64,000 nucleotides of DNA. It comes from a virus. The translations under genes and the position numbers were made by a program. The stretch lies in IMG/VR virus record IMGVR_UViG_3300036768_000279, positions 64,001 through 128,000 of that record. One strand, written 5' to 3'. The notes beneath the pieces are model-generated. The model searched no databases. It was not told the origin of the DNA and was given only the letters and a program-made list of their open reading frames with translations. Below are positions 30,867 to 39,730 of the stretch, one piece after another; position 1 is the first letter of the stretch, and each line of letters opens with the position of its first letter.

Positions 30867-31585
30867 TGAAATTGACGAAGCAAGGTTTACAGGAACTCTA
30901 CGATACAATGTCGTTAGATGAAATGGCAGCCTATACGGGCATGCCAAAGTCCACTCTGTATTATCACATGAAGAAGCTGGGCGTCGTTCGCAGAAACAAG
31001 AGCGACGCTCAGCGTAAGCATATCGATACTGCCGGGCATCAAAGACTTGGTAGTCATCATTCGCTAGAAACGAAGGAAAAGATTTCCACGGGCACGAAGG
31101 AGTTCTGGGAGTCTGAACGTGGCCAAAATCAGAAGGCCGTGTTACGTAAACTACGTCGTCAAGAATGGGCAAATAGCACGAGCAAGAAGCGTGCGGACGT
31201 GATTGCACGCCTCCAGGAAGCTCACCGGCCAGAACCCGGCGAGCTTTCAAATTTCGGCAAGAAGCTAGCCGACTTTCTTTCGGGCCGCGAACGTGTTTCT
31301 ACCGGAATCCGGCTGACGAACGATCACGTCTCTGACATCATACTAGAGGACAGGAAAGTGGTTGTAGAGCTTATCCTGCCTATTAGTATCTATGGCGAGC
31401 AGCAGCAACATCGACTTGAAGAGCGGTACGAGCGTATCACACAACATTTGAATGCTGCTGGCTATCGCGTCATGATCGTTGAGGACAAGTCAAACTCAGT
31501 ATCCCGGGCCCGCTGTAAGCGTGTGTACGACCAACTTTGTCTCTTTTTTGAAGAGACGCAACCAGTGAAGACAATCGTTTCATGA
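30866..31585 (+). CDS. HTH + NUMOD3-like + degenerate DUF559-like protein
   Basis: SLDEMAAYTGMPKSTLY HTH, GSHHSLETKEKIS, SDIIL..KVVVEL, L..AGYRV. Confidence 0.55.
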   Translation: MKLTKQGLQELYDTMSLDEMAAYTGMPKSTLYYHMKKLGVVRRNKSDAQRKHIDTAGHQRLGSHHSLETKEKISTGTKEFWESERGQNQKAVLRKLRRQEWANSTSKKRADVIARLQEAHRPEPGELSNFGKKLADFLSGRERVSTGIRLTNDHVSDIILEDRKVVVELILPISIYGEQQQHRLEERYERITQHLNAAGYRVMIVEDKSNSVSRARCKRVYDQLCLFFEETQPVKTIVS

Positions 31586-32298
31586 CCATTACACCCAAAA
31601 CTCAGCGTTACGGAACCAACTGGGAAGAGCAATTCCAGGCATCGGAAGTAGGAGTCCGTAAGGAAGACGGCAAAGAAATGAGGGTAGTGTACCTTCGTGG
31701 CTTGCAACGCCTGGCCCAGGAAGCTGGTATTGTACGTAGTCGCTGCCAATTCAACTTCATTCCCAAGGATCAGACTGGCTCTGTTGGTATCATGCAGGCC
31801 GTCTACGAAGCTGAGTTTTCGGATGGTACTATTTGGGTTGGTACCGCTGACTGTAACTCGGCTAATACTTCTGGCAAGTTCATGGCCTACCCAACTGCTG
31901 TTGCCGAGTCGCGTGCAGAAGCTCGCTGCTTACGCAAGGCATTGAATATCGGTATCATGTCGTCGGAAGAAGTCGGATTTGTGGATGGCGGGGCGATTGA
32001 ACAGATCGCCGCATCGACCAGCAAGCAAATCGACTCGCAGGTGGTAAAGGCCATCGAAAAGCTATGTGAATCTCGCAATGCTACTACAGCCGAAGTCCTG
32101 GAAGCTATTCTTTCCAAGGAACGTAATAGCTCAGTCTTTGAGCTTGGCGAATTGACAGTAGAAGAAGGTCAGAAGGCTATGGCTTGGCTAAATGACCGAC
32201 AGCCCACGAAGGCTAAGCCGACGAAGTTGTCGGCTGCCGAAGAACGAGAGGCCCGCAAGAAGGAATTGCAGGCACAAGCAGATAAGGACAATCAATGA
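31582..32298 (+). CDS. phage protein, possibly Rad52/Sak-like ssDNA-annealing protein
   Basis: GLQRLA, AVAESRAEARCLRKALNI; family call tentative. Confidence 0.45.
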   Translation: MTITPKTQRYGTNWEEQFQASEVGVRKEDGKEMRVVYLRGLQRLAQEAGIVRSRCQFNFIPKDQTGSVGIMQAVYEAEFSDGTIWVGTADCNSANTSGKFMAYPTAVAESRAEARCLRKALNIGIMSSEEVGFVDGGAIEQIAASTSKQIDSQVVKAIEKLCESRNATTAEVLEAILSKERNSSVFELGELTVEEGQKAMAWLNDRQPTKAKPTKLSAAEEREARKKELQAQADKDNQ

Positions 32299-32633
32299 AG
32301 ATTACGTATTCAAGCAAGAACGGGCGTCTAGCCATCGAAGTTTCTGGCGACTCTCAGAAGGACGTTTTCCGTCAGATTTCTTCTTTTCAAGAAGTATTCG
32401 AGGAGCAGCATTGTGGCTCATGTGGCCAAGACAATCTACGCTTTGTAGTGCGTAGCGTGGACGACAATCAGTTCTATGAACTGCATTGCAACGACTGCTA
32501 TGCTCGTCTCGCCTTTGGTCAGCACAAGGGCAAGGAAGGCACTCTCTTCCCTCGTCGTAAGGGTGACGACGGCAAGGTGATCGGCAAGCGTGGTTGGACC
32601 AAGTGGAATCCTGAGACGAAGAAGGAAGAGTGA
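32295..32633 (+). CDS. Zn-ribbon phage protein
   Basis: CGSC...CNDC. Confidence 0.6.
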   Translation: MKITYSSKNGRLAIEVSGDSQKDVFRQISSFQEVFEEQHCGSCGQDNLRFVVRSVDDNQFYELHCNDCYARLAFGQHKGKEGTLFPRRKGDDGKVIGKRGWTKWNPETKKEE

Positions 32634-32995
32634 TGGGGCTATCATTCGAAGAATATCAGCGGCGTGCCGCCGCTACTGCCGTCTATCCATACATCAAAAC
32701 GTGGCAAGACAATCGATATAATGATTCCTCATACTTGTATCCAGCATTAGGACTATGTGGAGAAGCTGGTGAAGTGGCTGAAAAAATCAAGAAGATGGTT
32801 CGTGACAAAGGTGGCATAGCAACGCCCGAAGATAGGGTCGCCATCAAGAAAGAGCTTGGTGATGTTTTGTGGTATGTCCATGCTCTTTGCGATGAGTTTG
32901 ATTTGGACATGGGCGATGTCGCTCAAGGCAATCTTGACAAGCTAGCTGCTCGTGCCGCAAAGGGCACGCTCGGTGGTAGTGGAGACAATCGATGA
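32630..32995 (+). CDS. MazG-like nucleotide pyrophosphohydrolase
   Basis: LGLCGEAGEVAEKIKK...ELGDVLWY...NLDKL..R...GSGDNR. Confidence 0.9.
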   Translation: MMGLSFEEYQRRAAATAVYPYIKTWQDNRYNDSSYLYPALGLCGEAGEVAEKIKKMVRDKGGIATPEDRVAIKKELGDVLWYVHALCDEFDLDMGDVAQGNLDKLAARAAKGTLGGSGDNR

Positions 32996-33282
32996 AGCGT
33001 TTTGGTGGTAGGCCCGTAGACAAGAAGATCTTCACTTGTCCGCAATGTAAGAAGCTGCGTATGTCCCGTGTTATGGATCATAAGGTCAGCACGGAACAGA
33101 AAGAATTCAAGACGCGAGACGGATCAACCGTCTCGCTATTTGTGGATGTTTGTGATCCTTGTATCGCACGCAACTACCGCAAGTATTTCGAGCCGACAAG
33201 ATCGGATATTCGCAAGGTTCTCAAGGCCATGAATGAAGAGGCGGCTACCGTCGATGATGTCTCGCTAGAAGAGCTGCTATAG
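32992..33282 (+). CDS. Zn-binding hypothetical protein
   Basis: CPQC...CDPC. Confidence 0.55.
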   Translation: MKRFGGRPVDKKIFTCPQCKKLRMSRVMDHKVSTEQKEFKTRDGSTVSLFVDVCDPCIARNYRKYFEPTRSDIRKVLKAMNEEAATVDDVSLEELL

Positions 33283-33283
33283 T

Positions 33284-34507
33284 ATGGTTCGACACGCTAA
33301 TCTGTGGTTTGAATCATGCCCAACCAAGCATAAAGTCACGTCTGGGTTGATTAAGAATGTAGACACGCTCATTATCGGCGGCGGACTCGCTGGGGTGAGC
33401 TTGCTTTACTATCTTGTCAATAGTGGCATGCTCAACACCTATCTGGTCGAAGAGACATCTGTAGGATTTCATGCATCTGGTAGAGGCATGGGACAGCTAT
33501 TACTGCGAGGCAGTAAACTCTTCCATGAAATGCCAGACGGCGAAGACTATCTGCAATTCGTTGGTGACAATAATCGTCGCTTCTTGAATGGTCTGCGAGC
33601 CTTGTCGTTCGATCACGATCTTCGCGAAACCGGCGGTCTGCGGCTCGCTGTTAGCGAAGAAGAAATGTCCAAGCTCGAACTAGAGTCTCAGTTTATTTCT
33701 CGTGTACGTGGCATTGAATGTCCATTGCTTTCGAGACGCCAACTAGACTTAATGGTACCAGCGAAGCACTTCGTTGGCGGAATGTTTGTACCTAATGAGG
33801 CAACATATAATCCATATAAGGTCGTCAACGGCTTAAGAGACGCGGTGGAGAAGAGCGGTACTCGTGTCTTCACTAACACGCAGGCAGAATCTGTAGTTGC
33901 GAATGCCGATGGTAGTTTGACTGTTTCAATTCGTCACAGAGGAACCATTCGTGCCAAACAAGTAGTGTACTGTACTGGAGCGTACACAAGTAGACTACTG
34001 CCAGAGTTTGGAGACATCATTCGTCCCTTTCGGGAGCAAATGATCGCTACCGACTACCTTGAAGCTGATGTTGTACAAGCCCTTCCAACCATGAGCATTT
34101 CATGCAACAATGGCAACGAAAGGTTCCGCCAGTATTCGTCGCGTTTTGTGATGGGAGGGATGCGTCAAGCCGTACGAGGCCAACAAGAAGGTATCGTATA
34201 CGATGGCGAGATTAGCCCTGCCGTGTATGACAAACTAAGCTCATTCTCGCACGAGTCCTTCCCTCTTTTGAAGACGGCCAAATTCAGTTACGTTTGGTCT
34301 GCCGTATTTTGTGGAACGGCAGATGATAAACCTCTAATTGGACCAGTGCCTAATCGTCCCAATCAATACATGTTGACTGGATTTGGTTGCTATGATTCTA
34401 GCAATGCAATTCTTGGCAGTATGTTGATTAAGGACTACATCAAACACAAGGACTCTACCGGGTCAGGCCACAAGATTTTGAATCCAGGACGCTTTTTCAA
34501 TGTTTGA
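33284..34507 (+). CDS. FAD-dependent oxidoreductase (DAO/glycine oxidase/PuuB-like)
   Basis: IIGGGLAG, ASGRGMG, NPYK, VVYCTGAY, TADDKPLIG. Confidence 0.85.
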   Translation: MVRHANLWFESCPTKHKVTSGLIKNVDTLIIGGGLAGVSLLYYLVNSGMLNTYLVEETSVGFHASGRGMGQLLLRGSKLFHEMPDGEDYLQFVGDNNRRFLNGLRALSFDHDLRETGGLRLAVSEEEMSKLELESQFISRVRGIECPLLSRRQLDLMVPAKHFVGGMFVPNEATYNPYKVVNGLRDAVEKSGTRVFTNTQAESVVANADGSLTVSIRHRGTIRAKQVVYCTGAYTSRLLPEFGDIIRPFREQMIATDYLEADVVQALPTMSISCNNGNERFRQYSSRFVMGGMRQAVRGQQEGIVYDGEISPAVYDKLSSFSHESFPLLKTAKFSYVWSAVFCGTADDKPLIGPVPNRPNQYMLTGFGCYDSSNAILGSMLIKDYIKHKDSTGSGHKILNPGRFFNV

Positions 34508-36461
34508 TATTGCAACACCTTCGTTCACTCTTCCCGAATCATTCGTCTCCAAGTATCGTGGCAAGCAGCCCGACTGGGGGCCTTTGGGCTATTTCACTTA
34601 CAAGCGAACATATTCGCGTGCAATTGAAGGCGAGAATCGTTCAGAGGAGTATTGGGAAACATGTCGTCGCGTAGTGGAAGGTACTTTCAGCATTCAAAAA
34701 AACCACTGCAAGCGTAGTCATTTGCCTTGGAATGACGCTAAGGCTCAGCGTACTGCCAAGCGTATGTTCGAACTGATGTGGTCGTTCAAGTTCCTGCCGC
34801 CTGGTCGCGGGTTGTGGGCGATGGGCACAAAATACGTTCAAGAGCGTGGTGGTGCTGCTCTCAACAATTGTGCGTTCGTAAGCACAAAGGATCTCGCTAC
34901 CGATCCCATCAAGCCGTTCTTGTTCATCATGGACATGAGCATGGTTGGCGTAGGCGTTGGCTTTGATACTATGGGTGCTGGCAAGCTCTTCATCAAGGAT
35001 CCGATCGTCAATCAAGTGAATCCATTCGTTATTCCAGATACTCGTGAGGGTTGGGTTGAGGCGTTGCGACTTGTGCTCGAATCGTACGTAAATGGTACTC
35101 CGGCACCGTGGTTTGACTATAGTCTTATTCGTCCAGAAGGCTCACCTATCAAGGGATTCGGCGGTACAGCTAGCGGTCCCCAACCTCTCATCGAAATGCT
35201 ACAAGACATTTCGGCCATCCTGAGAAGCCGCATCAATCAAACGTTATCGTCCGAAGACATCGTTGATATTGGTAACCTCATTGGTCGCTGTGTCGTGGCT
35301 GGTAATGTTCGTCGTTCTGCCGAGATTGTGTTTGGCGAGCCTACAGATGAGAAGTTTGCTCTTTTGAAGCAAGACAAAGACAAGCTCATGCATCACCGTT
35401 GGGCATCCAACAATTCTATCTTTGCTACGGTAGGAATGGACTATGCTTGGCATGCACGTCAAACCGCAACCAATGGCGAACCCGGTTACATGTGGCTTGA
35501 TAATGCTCGTGCATACGGACGCATGAAGGATCCCGCGGATTGGGCAGACCGTGAGGCCGTTGGTGGCAATCCGTGCCTAGAACAGACGCTACATCAATAC
35601 GAACTATGCACTCTTGTCGAGACATTCCCTGCGAGACACGAGAGTCTCGAAGAATACTTTGAGACATTGAAAATTGCATACTTGTATGCAAAGACAGTCA
35701 CTCTGATTCCTACTCACTGGGCAGAGACGAATGCTGTCATGGCTCGCAATCGTCGTATTGGTCTAAGTCAATCCGGCATCATCAAGGCGTTCGGGCGTCA
35801 CGGGCGTCGCGAAATGTTGCGTTGGTGCGATAAAGGCTATGAATTTATCAGCGGGCTTGACGTACAGTATTCCAATTGGCTGGGCGTACCCAAGTCAATC
35901 AAGAAGACATCGGTGAAGCCGAGTGGCACCATCAGCTTGCTAGCTGGCGAGCCGCCCGGTATCCACTATCCGCATTCTGAATACTACATTAGGCGAATCC
36001 GCGTGGGCACGACTTCGCCTTTGGTAGAGGCCGCACGCCAAGCGGGCTACAAGATCGAGCCTGCCATTGGTCAAGAAGCTAATACCGTCTGTATCGAGTT
36101 CCCAATTCGCGAGGAGTTCTTTGTTCGCTCCAAAGATGATGTGTCGATTTGGGAACAGGTAGCTAATGCGGTTGCGTACCAACGTTACTGGGCCGATAAC
36201 CAAGTGTCTGTCACTGTCACTTTCAAGCCGTCTGAGAAAGAAGACATTCAACACATCCTCGAACTATATGAGGACTCATTGAAGGGGATTTCCTTTTTGC
36301 CAATCGAGGAACATGGCTACGTTCAAGCTCCATACGAAACAATCACCGAAGAACAGTATCTTGAAATGTCCAAGAACTTGAAGCCTATCGTTTTTGATGA
36401 CGCCTCGGAAGGCGACGCGGTAGCTCCAAAGTTTTGTGATGGAGACTCTTGTACTATCTAG
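34500..36461 (+). CDS. nrdJ: monomeric class II (AdoCbl) ribonucleotide reductase
   Basis: YKRTYSR, PPGRGLW, NNCAF, GNVRRSAE, NPCLEQ, LCTLVE, VKPSGT, C-terminal CDGDSC. Confidence 0.95.
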   Translation: MFDIATPSFTLPESFVSKYRGKQPDWGPLGYFTYKRTYSRAIEGENRSEEYWETCRRVVEGTFSIQKNHCKRSHLPWNDAKAQRTAKRMFELMWSFKFLPPGRGLWAMGTKYVQERGGAALNNCAFVSTKDLATDPIKPFLFIMDMSMVGVGVGFDTMGAGKLFIKDPIVNQVNPFVIPDTREGWVEALRLVLESYVNGTPAPWFDYSLIRPEGSPIKGFGGTASGPQPLIEMLQDISAILRSRINQTLSSEDIVDIGNLIGRCVVAGNVRRSAEIVFGEPTDEKFALLKQDKDKLMHHRWASNNSIFATVGMDYAWHARQTATNGEPGYMWLDNARAYGRMKDPADWADREAVGGNPCLEQTLHQYELCTLVETFPARHESLEEYFETLKIAYLYAKTVTLIPTHWAETNAVMARNRRIGLSQSGIIKAFGRHGRREMLRWCDKGYEFISGLDVQYSNWLGVPKSIKKTSVKPSGTISLLAGEPPGIHYPHSEYYIRRIRVGTTSPLVEAARQAGYKIEPAIGQEANTVCIEFPIREEFFVRSKDDVSIWEQVANAVAYQRYWADNQVSVTVTFKPSEKEDIQHILELYEDSLKGISFLPIEEHGYVQAPYETITEEQYLEMSKNLKPIVFDDASEGDAVAPKFCDGDSCTI

Positions 36462-36490
36462 TAGACATTCGGCTTCGCCGAAGTCATCAT
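36462..36490 (+). promoter_or_regulatory. sigma70-like promoter TAGACA-N17-CATCAT with a hairpin in the spacer
   Basis: exact 17-nt spacer; TTCGGC/GCCGAA inverted repeat; ATG 36497 begins 7 nt after the -10 box. Confidence 0.5.
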
Positions 36491-36496
36491 ATCAAC

Positions 36497-36784
36497 ATGA
36501 AGAACACACAGAAGTATGTATTGATTTTTGCCAAGGACGAAAACGGTAACGAGATTCCTTATCGTTTCATGCTATCCATCAACAAATCAATCAAGGCGGT
36601 TGAGAAGTCGCTGCTTGAGGCCCTCATGGGTACTGAGGGCGTGGATCGTATGGAAATTCATGGACGCTACACAGCCGAGGTTGTCATTGGTCGTGCCTTT
36701 GACGCCGAAGAAGTGTTGGCAGAATTGAGGACAAAGCTGGACTCTGTTCTCAGCGACATCATTACTCCGAAGCTTGTCCTATGA
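36497..36784 (+). CDS. hypothetical protein
   Basis: ATGA-coupled to thyX; start placed at 36497. Confidence 0.55.
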   Translation: MKNTQKYVLIFAKDENGNEIPYRFMLSINKSIKAVEKSLLEALMGTEGVDRMEIHGRYTAEVVIGRAFDAEEVLAELRTKLDSVLSDIITPKLVL

Positions 36785-37485
36785 TTGAAAAAGGCTACAC
36801 CATTCCTGTCCTTGGACAGGGTTACGTCCGCTATATCGACCATCTAGGCGACGATCTTCGTATTGTCGAGACGGCACGGATCAGCTATAAGTCGCCTAGT
36901 AAGGGCGAAGAAGCTGACAAGAAGCTCTTGATGTACCTGCACAAGAATCGGCACACGAGCCCCTTCGAATCATGCAGCATTACGTTCAATATCAAGATGC
37001 CCATTTTTTGTATGAGGCAGTTTGTGCGTCACCGCACATTCCGCTTGAACGAATGGAGTGGACGCTATAGCGAATTGGCGGACGAATTCTATATGCCGCA
37101 GAAGTGGCGTATTCAGGATACCAAAAACAAACAAGGTAGCTTGGAGCTAACTGGTGCTACCGAATCAGAAGACTTTTGGCATAGCCATAATACATCCATT
37201 GCTGAGAGTGTTTTTAAATCAGCTTATGCTGGTTATCAAGAGCTTTTGAGTCGTGGCGTAGCCAAAGAACTAGCACGTATCGTTCTACCAGTGTCGATGT
37301 TCACTGAGATTTACGTTTCGTGTGACGTTCACAATCTGATGCACTTCCTGAACCTTCGCCAGGATCCGCATGCACAGCTTGAAATCAGAGAGGTTGCAGA
37401 CGCTATGGCCTCTATTTTCAAGGAACTCTATCCGTGGTCGTACGAAGCCCATATAAAACACAAGCTTAAAATGATTGAAGCTTAG
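36781..37485 (+). CDS. thyX: flavin-dependent thymidylate synthase
   Basis: ARISY, HTSPFE, RQFVRHR...NEWSGRY, ARIVLP, HAQLEIR. Confidence 0.96.
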   Translation: MIEKGYTIPVLGQGYVRYIDHLGDDLRIVETARISYKSPSKGEEADKKLLMYLHKNRHTSPFESCSITFNIKMPIFCMRQFVRHRTFRLNEWSGRYSELADEFYMPQKWRIQDTKNKQGSLELTGATESEDFWHSHNTSIAESVFKSAYAGYQELLSRGVAKELARIVLPVSMFTEIYVSCDVHNLMHFLNLRQDPHAQLEIREVADAMASIFKELYPWSYEAHIKHKLKMIEA

Positions 37486-37492
37486 TGTACTT
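37482..37492 (+). promoter_or_regulatory. candidate late promoter motif TTAGTGTA
   Basis: same motif at 37980, 39696, 40910 (TTAGTGTG) and 51748-51755(-), each 28-56 nt before a start codon. Confidence 0.5.
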
Positions 37493-37511
37493 GAATGCCA
37501 GTAGGTACCAC

Positions 37512-37934
37512 ATGGTACAAGCACAGCAGGATTTCGCACAACCAATTGGCCCCACGCCCGAAAAGGTTCTTTTCGATGCGTTGCCAATCAATGAAGATCC
37601 AGATAACTACGTTCTGACGCACGCGGCAATTGCTGTTGCGAACTCAGGATTGTATGAGTGTACATATACCGTGAATGCAGGTCTTGGATCTGGCATCGGT
37701 GGCAACCTCACTGCTTATGTTGTTCTGAACGATGGCAGTGGTGCAGAGAGCATGATCCGCGAGAGCGTGTCTTTTGAGGACGTGTCTTCATCTTCGCCCA
37801 AGGCAACTTTGAATAACACATTCCAGATTGCTCTGCCTGCTGGTTGTGCTCTCAAAGTGTTTGCTGGATTCGTAGGAACTGGTGACGTGAATACGCTGCC
37901 ATTCTGTTCGATACTGGCTCTGAAACAATTCTGA
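37512..37934 (+). CDS. putative virion protein with BclA/C1q-like beta domain
   Basis: SGLYECTYTV motif; first gene of the structural block; start placed at ATG 37512. Confidence 0.5.
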   Translation: MVQAQQDFAQPIGPTPEKVLFDALPINEDPDNYVLTHAAIAVANSGLYECTYTVNAGLGSGIGGNLTAYVVLNDGSGAESMIRESVSFEDVSSSSPKATLNNTFQIALPAGCALKVFAGFVGTGDVNTLPFCSILALKQF

Positions 37935-37955
37935 TTAGAGTCTAACGATCTTTTT

Positions 37956-37990
37956 CTAAGGGGCTGCTACGGCGGCCCCTTAGTGTATTT
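37956..37990 (+). terminator. intrinsic terminator hairpin overlapping the next TTAGTGTA motif
   Basis: CTAAGGGGCTGC-TACG-GCGGCCCCTTAG followed by TGTATTT. Confidence 0.7.
37980..37990 (+). promoter_or_regulatory. candidate late promoter motif TTAGTGTATTT
   Basis: recurrent intergenic motif upstream of 38036. Confidence 0.5.
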
Positions 37991-38035
37991 GTATGAGGTC
38001 AGGTATCGTTTGGTACCCTTTCAAGGGAGTCTAGT

Positions 38036-38473
38036 ATGACTTCAATCGTAGCAGCAATTGTCGGTAGCGGCACGCTACCTTATACACGCGGCATTCTGCC
38101 TGCGTCTCAGCGTGGCAATCAATCAAATGGTGAGGGCGTGCGTACTGGCACGCAGGTGATTCTTGCCAATCCCGAGGATTTGAACTCGGTTGATGCTTTT
38201 GCCGCTTCTGGCATTACGGTAGGCACGTCGGCAGTTGAAGTTTTGGCGTTCAATAACAACCCACTTCCAAGATGTGGCAATGTTATTGTCAAAAATGGTG
38301 GATCGTCAGTCGTTCTGTTGAGTCATAAGCAAAACTTCACAGACACCGAAGGATTTCCGTTGGCAGCTAACGGTACTACTGGCGACACGGTTAGTATTCC
38401 TGTGCTCAAGAACGTTTCTATTTGGGCTCGTTGTGCGTCTGGATCAACTAACATAAAGTTGCTGATCTACTGA
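38036..38473 (+). CDS. small beta-rich putative virion protein
   Basis: paralog of 38504-38941 (GSGT.P start, NPE, I(T/S)VG, PL, N.G). Confidence 0.6.
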   Translation: MTSIVAAIVGSGTLPYTRGILPASQRGNQSNGEGVRTGTQVILANPEDLNSVDAFAASGITVGTSAVEVLAFNNNPLPRCGNVIVKNGGSSVVLLSHKQNFTDTEGFPLAANGTTGDTVSIPVLKNVSIWARCASGSTNIKLLIY

Positions 38474-38503
38474 GGCATTTCCCTTTAATGGAGGGAACCC
38501 CCA

Positions 38504-38941
38504 ATGCCCAGAGAATACAACGCAGTCATAGGGAGCGGCACAACTCCCCACGTAGCACACGCTCCGCCTTACGGTATTACGCCCGGCACATATCCTGTGC
38601 CCGATCAGCGTACCAATCTTCGTCATCGACAGGGCGACGGCATTATCGTTCTCAATCCAGAGAACGCTTCTGTTTCTATTGGTTTAAGCCAACAGGCTAT
38701 TTCTGTTGGCGGATCGCCAACAGCAATTCCAAGCTCGCCGCTCGAAAATCGAAGAGCATTGGTGATCTACAACGCCGGTCCCGGCACACTCTATGTCGGT
38801 ACGTCCAACGTGACGACATCCAATGGTATGCCTATGGCGGTTGGCGAAAAGATCGCCTTCGATATCCAAGGTACTCCGAACGTCAAAGTGTACGGCGTCT
38901 CTGACTCAACGTCCGACGTTCGTATCTTAGAGTTGGCATGA
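38504..38941 (+). CDS. small beta-rich putative virion protein
   Basis: PLENRRALVIYNAGPGTLYVG...G.P; paralog of the preceding gene. Confidence 0.6.
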   Translation: MPREYNAVIGSGTTPHVAHAPPYGITPGTYPVPDQRTNLRHRQGDGIIVLNPENASVSIGLSQQAISVGGSPTAIPSSPLENRRALVIYNAGPGTLYVGTSNVTTSNGMPMAVGEKIAFDIQGTPNVKVYGVSDSTSDVRILELA

Positions 38942-39699
38942 GTATTGGCGTTGGTGGAATCGTATCGCTTGGTGGAGGGTCTGGCGGAAGCAGCGGATCT
39001 ACTTCCGGCATTCAGTCTATCAACGGCCAGACAGGACCCACAGTCGCCATCACTGGCGTCAATGGAGTTGTTGTTACGGCGGGTGGCAACCTCATCACGA
39101 TTGATGGTGCGGGAGCGTCTGGCACCGTTGGTCCGGCGTCTTCTCAGTCTGGTGTCATTGGAGTCAATGGTATCACCGTTGAACAAATTGGCGGCAACTT
39201 TGTCGTCAATGGTGCCGCTCTGTCTGGCCTTATCGGCACGATTACGGACGTTTCAATTAGTGCAGTTGCTTCGTACACTGCATCATTCACCCATTTAGTT
39301 AGTGGAATATTTAACCACAACTTTAACACCAGAGAAACAATAGTTCAACTCTACGATAACTCGTCACCGCCACGAGTCATCGTGCCAGATGAGATCATCT
39401 CGGAAAACCTCAATCAGGTTGGGGTGATCTTTAACACGCCACAGACTGGTCGCGTAGTTATTCATGCTCCATCTGGTGTACCTACTGGCGGCGTTAAGAA
39501 GTACGCTGAGTCATTCACTAACTTGAGAAGCGTAGTCATTACACACGGATTGAACACGGACGATGTGATCGTACAGGTGAAGGACACGAGCGTTCCTCCT
39601 AAGCTTATCATACCAGACGACATCGAAATCACCAGTGCCAACGCTGTGTCAATAGTCTTTAATTCCATTACAAGCGGAAGAGTCTTGGTCATTGGTTAG
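38938..39699 (+). CDS. putative tail-fibre/virion protein with two tandem C-terminal modules
   Basis: SINGQTG fibre motif; 2x SFT...H..NT....VQ..D.S.P...I.PD.I.....N.V...FN...GRV. Confidence 0.65.
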   Translation: MSIGVGGIVSLGGGSGGSSGSTSGIQSINGQTGPTVAITGVNGVVVTAGGNLITIDGAGASGTVGPASSQSGVIGVNGITVEQIGGNFVVNGAALSGLIGTITDVSISAVASYTASFTHLVSGIFNHNFNTRETIVQLYDNSSPPRVIVPDEIISENLNQVGVIFNTPQTGRVVIHAPSGVPTGGVKKYAESFTNLRSVVITHGLNTDDVIVQVKDTSVPPKLIIPDDIEITSANAVSIVFNSITSGRVLVIG

Positions 39700-39725
39700 T
39701 GTATTATCTTTGCAAGGAGCTTGCA
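39696..39725 (+). promoter_or_regulatory. TTAGTGTA motif followed by SD-occluding hairpin TGCAAG-GAG-CTTGCA
   Basis: motif at 39696-39703; perfect 6-bp stem enclosing AAGGAG. Confidence 0.55.
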
Positions 39726-39730
39726 CGTAA

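Noticed and set aside
6908-36461. Inteins or introns in dnaE and nrdJ, and group I introns around the HEG remnants
   Set aside because: Protein lengths and motif spacing are normal, no splice-junction motifs were seen, and the HEGs lie between genes.
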